Positions 26,001-39,100 of a stretch of DNA of 64,000 bases are shown here, one piece after another. The DNA is from Phoronis australis (taxonomy: Eukaryota > Animalia > Phoronida). Under the pieces are notes generated by a model. The model was not told the DNA's origin. It was given only the letters and a program-made list of their open reading frames with translations, and searched no databases. The position numbers were made by a program, and so were the translations under genes. Location of the stretch: positions 479,267 to 543,266 of the forward strand of contig NMRA01000091.1 in assembly GCA_002633005.1 (NCBI GenBank). The letters run 5' to 3'. How positions within the stretch are numbered: the stretch's first letter is position 1; each line of letters begins with the position of its first letter.

Positions 26001-26382
26001 AACCACCGTGGAGAAAGTCAACCATGGTTTTCTCCAATTTATCAGTCAAGTTCTGAATTGCTTCCAGAGTTGAACTATCAATACATTCCCTCCATTTAAT
26101 AATAGCAATATTGCTGGAGTCTTTGTCTTTAAACAACTTCTCGTATATCTTCACAAAAAGAGCACTCTCCTCATAAGAAATTGGGCAGAATGCTGTAGGA
26201 AAAGACAGCTCTGCTAAAGAGTCTAACCATTCCTCTGTGTTGACATCCAATACGGCATTTTGGTACGTTGAAATAGCTTCTTGACTCAAAAATCCGTCAA
26301 GTTTAGGAGCCGATTTGTCTTTGGACGTATCTTCAATAGGCTTCAAGGTGACTGATTTCAAGGCTTCTGCTAATGAGCTCAT
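23004..26382 (-). CDS. CDC123/D123-like (R2K-type) ATP-grasp protein, non-canonical, with an N-terminal WH2-like motif; 3 coding exons, 360 aa
   Basis: Exons 26382-25669 (ATG 13 nt after a TTTCAG acceptor; donor GTGAGC), 24370-24199 (GDLTALSQYNY...YVIDFAVC; donor GTAAGA) and 23200-23004 (DDKIWVIEINPFLETTDGALFDW...). They total 1083 nt in frame. Motifs GFVKTSSRSAKD, RSERI, DMEFRGFV, LSQY, YVIDF, VIEINPF and TDGALFDW parallel the Cdc123 motifs PKLNWSAPxD, EFRCFV, ISQR, IDxNP and TDxLLFxW. Confidence 0.85.
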
Positions 26383-27345
26383 AGTTGTAGCGATACTGAA
26401 AGACAAAAGACCACATGACGTAAACATCTCCTTTAAAGCAGATAAGGATCGATTTGGAGAAATGTTTTGAATTTCTCCCATGTCCCACCCCCCACCCTCA
26501 TCATTTGGTCGCATAATGACGGTGAATTGCCATCTATTACATCTTGAAAGCATCCAGGCTCTATTTTTCCATTCTCTTTTTGGGACATGAAAACTGATGG
26601 AAACTATGGAGGAGTGGCAAACATTAGACTGTGCGAGGTTCTCGAATTTTCAAAATTGGTCAGGTAATAGCGATTTTGTAGTTTGCAACATGTCTTATAT
26701 TCTAATTTACTGCACCTTTGCCTGAAAGAATGTGGATGAAGCTGGTCCTGATCCAATATTCTAGTAAAAAGGAATTGTTCACAACATGATATAACATGAA
26801 GCTCAGGTGTCATATTGTTAATTTGCCCAAACCTGTAATAATTAACAAGTTGTAAATCTGAATAATAGTTTTATTTAATCTAACCAACTTTGATAAGAAA
26901 TTTGAAACTAAAATAGTAGTATGACTTAGGGTATTCATAAACATAATACTCTTCACTGTTGTTAATGCAGACACTAACCGAACGTCTAAGACCAGTAATC
27001 ATAATGATGACAAATGGGTGTCAAAAGATCATGACCCACCAGCTTCAGGCAAGACTATTAAGGAAAGAACTAAAATTTCCCCAAGGCTAATTGCATTAAA
27101 TGGTCTACAATCATTTTTGAAATTCATTACCAAGTGCCTCCTAAATACCACAGGCATGCACCTTTATTGATCAGTCGCTTGTATGAGACAATCAGGGAGC
27201 ACTTGATGATGGGAGATATAGGCTACAGCAGAACGAGATGCATTTGAATCAAGGACACTGTGATGGTCTGTACCAAACCCACGATAAGTGGAAGCCTAGC
27301 GTACAGTTATAGACAATACCACCATGCAAACCATGCTCTGAACAG

Positions 27346-27406
27346 TTCAATTGATTGCTGCACTGGTCTAGTTCAGTGAACTAGACCAGTGCAGCAATCA
27401 ATTGAA
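27346..27406. repeat. Perfect 30-bp inverted repeat with a 1-nt spacer
   Basis: TTCAATTGATTGCTGCACTGGTCTAGTTCA-G-TGAACTAGACCAGTGCAGCAATCAATTGAA. Confidence 0.97.
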
Positions 27407-27594
27407 TCACATACCGACCTGTCTCCTTGACACTGTCGTAGACCAAGTAGGTTTTAACAAGTTTTCAATCTATTTTGAACTTCCCACCGGCGGAACTACG
27501 ATAAGTAAGAAGAGGGACCCAGTCGCTATATTCTATGAATGTTGTTAACACAAAAAGCTCAGAAATAATCTGATCTTTTAAAACTTTGTTTTAA

Positions 27595-27735
27595 CAGACC
27601 TGTGTGTACTTCGAGAGAATCGCTTAGTCCACCACTAGATGTCGCGCGCACCGACACAGGATTTTAAACAGTGTCAAGGTCAGCCATCTGCTAGCAGCTT
27701 GCACCGGTTGTGTTCTTTCTTTGTATGGCGTAAGT
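27595..27735. promoter_or_regulatory. Putative bidirectional promoter with divergent non-coding first exons (CDC123-like gene / ABCB6)
   Basis: Both genes have their ATG exon preceded by a splice acceptor (26396-26397 on minus, ~30117-30118 on plus), so each needs an upstream exon. A plus-strand donor GTAAGT at 27730 and a weaker minus-strand AG|GTCTGT at ~27599 flank a CpG-rich core (GTCGCGCGCACCG, 27641). Confidence 0.5.
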
Positions 27736-28859
27736 TAGAATTAGTTTCAGAATTCATGACTTATTTTTTGGCAATGTTCTATGTTTACTGGGAAATTTTC
27801 CCATATATTGTTAATTTCCAGTAGTTTAACCTTTGTTTGTCGAGTGAAAATCACATTGTCACTGTGTCAGTGTCAGTGAATCCAGGCATCGCAATCACAT
27901 CATCAAATTCAAAACGTCATTGTGCCTTAGTAGTTTTGTGGTTATGTAATTTACTAAATCTCTAAAAGTCTTAGAATAAGGTGATTCTCGGACAAAACCA
28001 AACAACCTTTTATTTTGAACTCGAGAAAGCTTGATAATATGAAGAAAAGTAGCAGGAAAGGAATTTAACCATTTTAGAAACTCATATGGCACTGAGAATA
28101 TGACTGAGATCAGAAGTCAAGCCAAAGCCAAAGCCAGTGAAGGATGACTTGCAAAATTTCAACAGAAAATCTAACTTTTGGTATTTATGCCTTGCCTTGT
28201 CAAGTAATCCCCCTGTTACCATACTATTCAGAGTTGCGGTTCAGGTATCCAGCCAGAGCTAGATTTATGTGGATTAAACCATTAAAATGCAGCAAAGGAA
28301 CAATTCAATCGCATGTAGATTTTAGACCTTTGAGCAGAAATTCACACCGCTTGGATTAAGTTCTGCACATCACCTCATTGTGAAACTTATTTGTTAAACC
28401 CCAGAGTGGATGGGTACATGCAATATCTAAACGTCAACCAACACTCGGCCGTTAAAGTGGAAAACATTCTAGCAAACGTTGTTTTCTTGCATCTTTCTCT
28501 TTTATGGCTTTACAACGAAGCAAAGTGTGTCGTCAACTTGAAAACTACGCTCATGTCGTGCGTACGTGCCATTTGCTCCATTTTTTGCAATACGTTGGGA
28601 GCTGATGACAACTTTTCTAATTTAGTTTGCGTTGGTTAAAAATGAAAAGAAATCAATTTCTAAAATAGTTGACAATCCTTTTTCGCTGTAAGCCAACACA
28701 CATTATTATTTCACCCTTTAGTTAGAAGAATACTGATGTGTTTTATTTTAGCACCCATAACTTATTTGCTTTACTGCAAGAAGAAGGGCTGTTTATATGA
28801 CATTGATTTTGGGCCAGATTTTTTGCCATTTTTTACTCAACAAATGGGGTACCGATTGC

Positions 28860-29850
28860 AGTCAGTCATCTCTTTCCAGGCATTATGTATCTTGTGAATG
28901 CCTTGCAGGATCTTAAGGAGATTTGGCAGATATATTCTAATAAAGTTGTCAATAGATGGTGACTAGTTTCGAACTGATGCGATTACTGCTCTCCCCACTT
29001 GTGGCAATTTTGTTATTTTACTTTTGCACCTGTATCTTTGGAATTCCTTGATGCATGTTCATGAAATTTAGCTGATCTAGGTTTTTGTTAAGTAGATGAA
29101 GATGTTATTTCATTTTCAGAGGTATTTGATGCTTTCACACCACCTAGTGGCCATTTTTGGTGTTTTTGACGTCTACCTCTCTAGCCTTACGAATTATTAT
29201 GAAAATTTACAGATGTGTTTCTGATGAGAAGGCAAGAGCTGAAATTGATTTTCTGACTGCTCCAATAACTGTGGCATACCTTATTGACGATTTTTTTCGT
29301 CCCTATATAGGTGCCTATGAAGCTGACAACAGAGGACGAGTTCTAGACTGATCTGACTACTGCTGTGCCCTCCCCCCCCCCGACAAATATTTTTTTTGCA
29401 CCTGCCAGTGGAGTTCGTTAGTGGATTTTCATGAAATTTGGCAAATAAGTTTAAAAAAATAGACGAATATGCGTTTCCACTTTGGGACATATTTGATGTA
29501 TTTTGCTCCATCTTGAATCCATTTTTATTATTAGTTTGCTGTTTTTTGTCATTTATGTCTTTATTTGCTGAACTTCTCAAAGGATTATGAAAATTGGCAG
29601 ATATGTTCCTGATAAGAAATCACGGCTGATGTTGATTTGTAGACAGGTGTATCTGTTGCATCTGCAGGTGTTTCTCCTAAGTCCTTAGAAGGATCTTTAT
29701 AAAATTTGGCTAGTGTTTTCCTAGGAATTTGTCAAAGACTGACCATGACATTTGGACAAATCTGATTACCACTATGCGCCCTAGTGGCAATTTTAGCTTT
29801 TACATTTACTCAGTCATCAGTGTTACCAAATACATTTCTATTGAGGAGAC
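28860..29850 (+). mobile_element. Degenerate HINE-like core-repeat array in the presumed ABCB6 first intron
   Basis: Core motifs CTCCCCACTTGTGGCAA (~28990), CACCACCTAGTGGCCA (~29138) and GCGCCCTAGTGGCAA (~29775), plus the shared ATGAAATTTGGCA and TGTATCT segments. Confidence 0.5.
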
Positions 29851-30178
29851 GTCAGCTTCATTCCTTGCAAAATTTCTGTTGGTAGCCATCTTGTTCTCAA
29901 AACAATGCCAATGTATTGTATTATGTCATGTCATTCTACTGTAATCATTTCATACGAGATTGAGTGATACACATCAGTCCAAAAGTAAAATAGTTGACCA
30001 CAACGCAGCACCATCATGCACCGCCTCATGCCTGTGGTGCTTAAGGGAGGTTATTGCCTATAATTATTATAATTTTGATTCATTGCCGGTTAGTAACCTA
30101 TCTTTAATTATATTTCAGAGAACTGGTTCGGCAACGGTCAAAAGGTTACATATAGGATTCGCATCATTGAATACCAAA

Positions 30179-33100
30179 ATGCGTTTTTGTGAAGCCAATG
30201 AAACTTTTTCACCAGAATGGATAAACAATGGACTCACTCATTGTTTCATGGACACTGTCACGTCTGGCATTCTGTTCACTCTTGTAACGATATTTGGGGT
30301 CATCCAGTGCATGTATTATGCCGGCAATGCATTTCCCGTACCGGCTGATTTGCGGCCAAAGAGTTTCTTTTTTCAACTTCAAGTTCTATTTACAATTTTG
30401 ATGCCTTTGATCTATGTAACACATCTGGTACTCAAATATACTGTGTATGAGGACAGTAGTACTTATATCTACCAGATTCTCTCGTGGTGCTTTTCAATTT
30501 TGGCATGGCCAATTTCTTTGCTAATGATTCGACTCGAGAGGCAGAAATCTTTGGAGATGGACCACAGGCGCCATGGCTTAGTGCTTTTGCTGTTCTGGAC
30601 TTTGGCATTTGTGAGTGAAAATCTGGCATTTATATCCTACTCGAGCCCAACTTGGTTTTGGAAGTTAAACAGGTATGTAGTAGTGTCAGATGTTTATGGC
30701 GTCTGTTAAGCAGATTTTTTCTGTTTAGAAACCCAATGTGCTGAGTTATTGTTAAACGCTGTAAGGATTAAAATTCTTCATTTTAAGTGAATTTTGTAGT
30801 CTAAATATTCATCAGTAGTCCTGTGTTGTACACTGAATAATTAATAAATTATGTTTATTCTAAGTATGATGTCTGAAGAATTGGAACTTGTTTTAAAGAT
30901 AAGTTCCAACTGTCTTTTAGAGTCCATGGTTAGAATTTAGTACAGGATAAGGAACGCAGTGTTTATGATTTTGCCAATTTTGCTGGTACGCTTTGGAAAA
31001 AGAGACAGAATAAGTGGTTTTTAGTTTTTGTTTTAAGTTTCTTTTAAGCCCGTAAAAAGCTTGTAACATCTTGGTCTTACTTCTAGTTTCAAAATTTAGT
31101 AACAAAAATGTGCTTGTGAAATTTAAACTGATGTACTAACCGTGGAATCTGCATTTGAATTTTCTTACAGCACTAGAGATCGGATTGAATTTGGATTTTG
31201 GGTTGGTCGATACGTGCTGACTTTCTTCCTGCTATTGTTGGGGTTCAAAGCTGCTGGCCTAAATACAGTGATGCCGCAATTGTATGTGAATGCTGAAGAT
31301 GGGGTGGTCGATGTCCCCCAGGATCAGGTAGGATTGGTAGTGGAGCAGCAAAGGGGATGGAGTTCGACGTGCTTGAATACTGCCCCAAAACGTTGACTGA
31401 AAAGTGCTTACAAAAGTGCAATCAAAGCCACTGTAAACCATGTTTTGAGAAAAAAAACATCACATCGTTCTTATACTTGGTTAATATAAATTGTCTGGAA
31501 TCTCTGATGGAAAATGTATTTCCAAGATAACCAGATATCTCGATTTTTACGAAACTTATTTTAAGCTGTTGTTTTCCCCCTTTAAAATGGTCTTTGTTTA
31601 GAGCAATATCAGTTCTTCTGACCTAAGTCATTTGTAATCTGAGCGGAAAACGAGACGAGAGTGATTTTAAAGCAGAATTGTCCTTAGAAAGCGAGATGTG
31701 TTTTGAAAGAAGGCACTGGTTGATTACCCATTTTACTTGGTATTTTCTTATCAACTGATTCTATTTTCCATAGCAAGCATGTTTTCCCCTCAAAGTTCAT
31801 GGTATTCTTTCTATCTCAGAGAAATTAACCTGTTCATCTGGACTATGTTATAGTACTAAAAATCCTTAAGCCCTCAGGAGCACCGTGCTCCTTTCTTGAG
31901 GAATGATGGAGTGATTAGTGTGGTGGGCTGTTGGGTCTTCGGCAATGCTCTCACAAGATTCGATTGACAGTAGTGTTTCAAGGGACAGAGCAAACCTGCC
32001 AACCCCCATGTCTATTGAGTGACGGATTCAATGCCTTAATGAAGATGGCCTCCTTTGCGCTTCTTTCGAACCAGCTCTTGTCCCAGCTCAAAATGTCAAC
32101 ATTGTGTTTTCTATCAACAACAGGCTCTTGTGAGTGGCATCAGAGAGCAGACTGGCTCTGCCTGGTCTGACTTCTGGCACAAGTTGACTAAGCTCTGGCC
32201 TTACATGTGGCCTAAGAAGAATTTCTTCCTCCAGTGTCGCGTCGTCGTCTGTTTTCTAGTTCTCGCAGCCGGGAGAGGAGTCAATGTACTCGTGCCAATC
32301 TATTACAAAAATATAGGTAAGTGTGCGGAGGTCAGTTGGACGTCTCTGTTCTTTTGTTTTGGCAGTTTTTATTGAGTGACATTTGTGTTTACGATTAAAA
32401 TGATTTTCTTGTAATAGACGACATCTTTCAGAAGTGTGGTCATATTGTGTATACTTTGTTGGGCACACTGCTGGTAGGACTGTTGACACATTTGTGTTTC
32501 TGTAATGAGTGTTGTTTTTTTGATTTATGCATGTCAGAAGAATTATTTTAAGTTCTGAAATTGGGCGAGTATTAACGAGTGTTGAAATACTTAATGAGTT
32601 TTCCCTGACTGTTACATGAACGGGGTGGATATCAGAGGTGGTATTTATAACCTTTAAATTATTTGTGAGTTGCTGTCTCTTAGTTCCAAATTTACGATTT
32701 CTGTTTATTTAATTAATGAATTTAGTTGACCTATGATGACTCATCCAATGTTTGGGTATTGTTTGTTGCTGCAGACGTAGTGGACTTTAAATGAGGGAAG
32801 TGAAATGAAGTTTCTGTCTGGCCAAATCTTGTGATTGAGCAGCTACTTACTAGTAAATTTAAGGATGGGGTGTTTATGAATTTTTACCTGACATGTGTTG
32901 ACTCTGCAATGCTTGTGGTTTCAGTTGACAGTCTCAGCAACGCCACTGCTGTCAAGTTGTCCGAGACTAATCTTGGTGCCGTTAGCGGACAGTTTCGTGT
33001 GGACTACATTCTGATCTGGATCTTACTGAGGTTTTTACAGGGAGGCGGTTTTGGTGAGTACAGTACTTTAGTTACTGTTAAAGGATTTGTTATTCATTTG

Positions 33101-36100
33101 GAGTGCGCGAACATTCTTAAGAATAGGCTGTGGGAGTAAGACCTCATGTCTGATGACACGTTGTGAAGTAAAAATTTTCCCCAGTGTCGTTTTCTCCTTT
33201 TCTAGTGAAAATAAGGGAGATTTAGTGCGTGGCGATCTGTTATTATTCCTTGGATTCAGTCTCACACTGTTATGTAAGTACTTTCCAAGATTTGACTGAT
33301 ATTTTATCAAATTACTAGGGGTGACTAAAATTCCAGCTCTTTTCTTGTCTTAGCTCATGCTGGCAGAAATTTTTTTTAAGGATGTGACATTAAACACTAG
33401 TCATGCTTCTGTGAATTCAAGCTTCTCAGAGTTCTCTCATGCACACAAAGACACACGCTCTTGTATAGGCACACAGAGTTGCAGCTGCCCGATGTCCATT
33501 GCGAAAATGATGAGAATGGGAATCCATATTAATACGCATTTAAACCTAGATATATGATCATAGTGAAATTTTGATTGTCAATTAGCTTAGGGTACTGGTT
33601 GATATGATAATAATGCAGCTAATTTTTATTAACTGATCACATAATCCCATCGCATTCAGTTAGAACATGTGACTTCTGTGTGGCTAGAATCCCATCTGAT
33701 TGACTTGCATGGGTTTGGAACCTATCCTTTTGTTGTTGTCTGCTCTAGTTGAATAAGAGAGTTGCTGCCTTGTCATAGGCTTCATAGAGACTGCACTATC
33801 TTCCTAGATACAGTTAATTAATAGTGCAGTAGTAAGTCCCATGAACATTTTCATTTGTGTTTTGATTTCTTTTTAACGTAGCGTAACAGCAGAGTGTTAA
33901 CGAATGTGTTTTAATTTTCTTCAGGCTCCATGGGCGTGTTAAACAACTTGCGTACATTCCTGTGGATCCGAGTGCAACAGTACACTACCAGGGAGATTGA
34001 AGTTCGACTTTTTAGTCATTTGCACTCGTGAGCTTTATTCGTGTTACATAATATACATATTATACATTATACATGTGAAAGTGTATGTGAGTAGTAAGCA
34101 TTGGGCTTTGAGTGATAAGCAGACACTACCTGGTTAGTACGCCTTTCATTACAATACCAAGAATGCAAAAACCAATATCCAAAACACGTGGTTGTGAACC
34201 AAACGTCTTACCATTGGATTCAGCTTATACATTATGCATATTGGAACTTCAGGGGTCTGTTTCATGAAAACTGACTTAAGACTTTAGGCAGAATTCTGGT
34301 CGGTCTTACGCTCCTCATAACTTTTTGCGAAAAATAATAAAAACTCACTTTTCCATAAGAACAATGTATCCTAGAATATGCATATAATTACTACTTACCG
34401 AGAAAATTAGTTCAACTTATTACCTGTCCGTGATGTGCTTATTAAGTGCATGACTAAGTAGGAGCATAAGACTCCATTTCTGTCTTTTTGTCCAAAGTAA
34501 CTTTCACGAGACAGACCTATGGACTTGGGAAGAACAAATGTTTGTTGCTGAAAAGCAAACTCAATCATTTGGAATTTCATAGTCATTTTTGTGATGTGAA
34601 TCAAATGACTGTCACATACAAACTTAATGGTGTTTGAATTCTCGCACAAACTCCTGTTGTTACTTGAACCAGCTGTATTATCGATTTCAAGTCTTCTTCA
34701 GTCACCAGCTAGTAGGGGCATTTTACGATGCAATTGAAATCTTGTATGATGCTCATCAGTTTTTGTGCCGAAAAAAAAAAAAAGAAGTTTTTGTGCCGAG
34801 TAACAGCCGTTAAAAGTCCTGGATGACTTAAGCTTGCGGTGTTATTTGACTATGAATTCATGTGTTAATGCATTTTGGGGGCAACATGATGTCTTGTTGG
34901 ACATCTGTATCTCTTCAGTGTTTTCTAATTCTTAGTAGGATCATTTGATCACTCAGTGAATCACCCAGGGCTATGTTTCATGAAAAGTGACATAAGACTT
35001 CAGAAATTTGGACTTAGGCTCCCACTTAACAATTATGGACTTAAGTTTTTGCCAGATAATGTTAGCACATGGCAGTTTAGAAATAATTTATGAAAATTGT
35101 CTAAGCAACTGGCAGCTATAGGTATGTTTTCAGAGGCACTGGCTGTACTTTTAGTAAGGTGAAATAGCATTATTTTTCAGAAATTCTTGTGTGGAGAGCC
35201 AGAAGAAATTTCTGATTTATTAAGTCAATTTTCATGACACAGATCCCAGGATGCGACAAAATTGTGACAAGGTAGACTTTTGGAAAAGTATTGACTGAAG
35301 ATATTCACTGAGCTAAGTTCCTTTAGAGTTAAGCACTATTGATAGCTGTTGTTACTTTTTTACCACACTAGGCTGTCTCTGCGCTGGCACTTGGGACGTA
35401 AAACGGGTGAGGTCCTGCGAGTTATGGACAGAGGAACTACCAGTATCAATAATTTGCTTAGGTGAGAATACTCATCGACTCTCAGTTGAAATTATATCCT
35501 GGTGTGAACCTACCTTCTGTCAAAAAGTACCAGTGTGTATTGGGGCTCGCGTGCCTATGTCCGAAATGATGTTTTTTTTTCAAAAAACAACTACTCTTTC
35601 GCGTGGTTTGCATGTAGGTGCATGTGCGTAAATTTCATTTAGAAGCGCATGTGACTTTCTGGTATAAGCGTTTTGTGTGTTTCTTGTCTGCTTGGTATTT
35701 TTCATTTAAAGCTGCATTTTGCCCTGTTTAGCAGGTTTAAAAATGAATTCGGCCTTTTGCTCTCACTATTAAAATCAGTATGTTATCAACTCAAGTAATA
35801 GGCATTTCGTACATGCGCCATTTTTCAAATTGGTAACCACTGATTTTAAAATACTTATTTCGATTTTTTGTTTTTTAGCCTGCTAAACGGGGCGAAATGA
35901 ATCTTTAATAGGTGATGTTCAACTGAATACACTTCAACCATTTTGTATCAAATAAGCTAAGTTTTTATGACATAATGTTTCGGGAATTGCACGATTAACT
36001 GGTAAAATGTACCTTCTCGCTCAAAAAGATTAATTCCAGCCTAGTAGGGTAACGTTTTGGCCCACTCTATGTGGTATGACAGGACATGCCATTAAGAACA

Positions 36101-39100
36101 TACATTGTATTTACTGGTCATACATCTGGGCAGCACTCAGTTTTACTGGAAAGTGTTTCACACACACAAGTGCATGCACTTAATCCTGTTCAAAACAGTA
36201 GGCAGTTGGCCTAATGCCTTTTGCTGTGCACCAGGTATGCCAAGGCCTCATGACTGTGCCCATTGCACAGATCGATGATCCTCTGATAATCACTCTTGAG
36301 GGCCCTCAGCACAGGGTTCCACATGGTTTAAATCTTCCAATCTGCCTGTTATTCTCAGGAAATTAGGAACACTGATAAACCTGACAGTGTGTGATTTAGT
36401 GATGTCCTTTAGACATGTAATGTATTCATCGAGTAGAAAGCTGTGAACCCTTTGATAAGGGCAAATCTCTACTAAGTGTTAAGGAGTCTCCTCTTCCTTG
36501 CCACTTTTAGGACCAATTTGAGCCTATCAGCTGATATGGGCACAGCTTGGCATAAGAGCCACATATATAGTGATGTTTGATTCAGAACCACTTAATTGTT
36601 TTCAATTTGTTCTTTACTCAGGTAAACAGGAATTTCTGAGCTTGGCAAGAACTAACCATTGGTCACTACTCAAGACTATACTTGATAAGTTGCCTTGATG
36701 TGCTGGCTCATTTCATGTGCATTACATCTTTAATGAAAATTGTTTAGTACATGTTATCATTATGTTAGGTTTATTCCTATGTTTCTTGATTTCTCTTCTA
36801 ACCGATAAATAGAGCGGAGATGTAACATGTCTACATGAAATACAAGTCGCTCACTCTTTTCTTTTATTAGAGACTGAACAAATGGTGTTATGAGGTTTTC
36901 CTTTAAAATTTTTAAAAATCACTACTGATTTACTGTCTTTAGTCCATTTCGTTTTCAGCTACGTCGTGTTTAGTATTGTACCGACCATCTTTGATATCAT
37001 CATCGCCATTGTTTACTTCATATCGGCATTCAATATTTACTTCGGCATCATCGTGTTTGCTGCTATGACCCTCTACTTGAGTAAGTTGTGATTATATATT
37101 TACCATAACTCTCTTCAACTTGGGTACTTAGTTACTGACTGTATGTTTCCATAATTATCCTCTACTTGGATGAGTTGTTATTCTATAATTAGTTATTAGC
37201 ATGACACTTTTTGATTTTGGTAAGTTGTAAAATTGAATTAAGAAAAAGTTGTAATTCAGCTGTAATTAGCATAACTCTTCTGTTCTCTGTCCTATATTAG
37301 ATTGTCTGTAACTATAAACATGTTCTCATGAATGCGAAATTTATGCTGGATGGTGGGGTTTAAAAATGTCTGTGGATGTCATCGTCAGCTAGAGGAAAAT
37401 AATAGTTTTGTGTGGTTTTGAAAATGTTGTAATATATGAACAATCCCTGATGTAAGTTGATGCAATATTGTGTAAGTTTGATTTGGTTTGTGTAGTTATT
37501 GTTTATTCGTGGCCCCACCGTTTGCTTGAGCCAGTTTCTCCTGCATTGCCATCAGTGCACAAGTGCCCAAATAACTGTCGGCTTCCAACAATTGTAAATA
37601 GTTTTAATAGATATCGTACAGGGCAGCCCACACCCACAGTATTGTGTAGCAATGATATAAGTTTAATGTTTAATATTTTCTTAATTTCTTAGTAATTAGT
37701 ACCATCCAAATGTTTACCAGGTGCGTGTGATATTTTAAATTTGTTGTTCGTAGTTGCTACAATCGGTGTCACTGAGTGGAGGACAAAGTTTCGACGGAGG
37801 ATGAACATTTTGGACAATGAGCGAAATGCCAGAGGTGTTGACTCGCTACTAAATTTTGAAACGGTAAGCTTGGATGATGGTGGAGAAATGAAACTGGAAA
37901 ACTTGCTTTCAAAAACCCATGTTCCATGGTACCAACGAGATTTCTCTCATGGGACATTTGAATATCCCATGTGAGGTTTCTTCAATGTATTGTGCCACGT
38001 CGTAATACGAAATACTCATGACATAAATGAGTACGTAGTATATTTGTGACATAGGTTTTTCATACCTAACGATATAGTGAATCTCATGAGAACTTTTAGC
38101 GGGTAACTGATATGAGTGAATAAAAAGTTTTTTTATTGACTTTGATTGATATTGGTTTTGTGTAAGACCTCTGATCTCTTGCCAAACTAGTGTCTTGCTG
38201 GCGAGTGGCGAGACCTGACTGTGGTTCACTATTCCTACTGTGTACCACTGTACACACTCAGCAGGGGCTAAGTAAATTACAGACACCCTCACCAACGTAG
38301 CCCTACTTTGTGATTACAACAGAGAGATCAGTGCTCTAACTACATTGCTTTCAGTGTTAAGGAAATCTAAACACACTAACTGTCTTTTGTCTGGTGTTTG
38401 AGAATTCCAGAAACCATCTCTTCCACTTTTAGGAAAACCTTGTTCTGCCTTTCTGTAATTGTCGTGATAAATTGTCGAAGCTGTGAAGTGCTGATTTATC
38501 GCAAAATGTCGCTCTGTCAGAATATGACTATCATGTTTCTGTGGTGACATCCATGTTTGTATACCAGGTAATGAACAACTGCTGTAAGATTAACTTTGTC
38601 TTTTTTGTCCAGGTGAAGTATTACGGGGCCGCTGACTTTGAGACTGAGAGGTATAACGAGGCGATATTGAGTTACCAGGAGGCGGAGTGGATCTCTACAG
38701 CCTCTTTGAATATACTCAATACTGTGCAGAACATTGTCATAACGATGGGTCTGATTGGCGGGTCACTCTTGTGTGCATGGTAAGCGTTCTTTTTATTGGA
38801 CAGCATAATTAAAGAGCTAGTTAGCAGTTTAAGTGGCTGAGAAGCAGATAATAAATGTTAAAATGTCGCATTTTAGGACATAGTATGGTGGACAAGCAAA
38901 ATTTGTTTTCCGAAAAAGAATGCTTTCCCATGTTTAATTTCTGTGCCATGGCTACCGTGAGAAGGCATTTCAAAAAAGTTTCGGACGTTCAAAAAAATGT
39001 AAGCAACCCTTGAAAAATGAAGAAAGGACAATTTTTCGTGAAATTAGTGTGATTTTATCGTATGTTCCATATTCATGCATTGAAGTCAGAACAATGATGA

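Noticed and set aside
26383-26553. N-terminal extension of the 299-aa ORF (MLSRCNRWQF...)
   Set aside because: A polypyrimidine tract and AG acceptor lie just upstream of the ATG at 26382, so most of the extension is probably intronic.
29960-30178. N-terminal extension of the ABCB6 first ORF
   Set aside because: Non-ATG start and an internal acceptor at ~30118. ABCB6-like sequence begins at MRFCE (30179).
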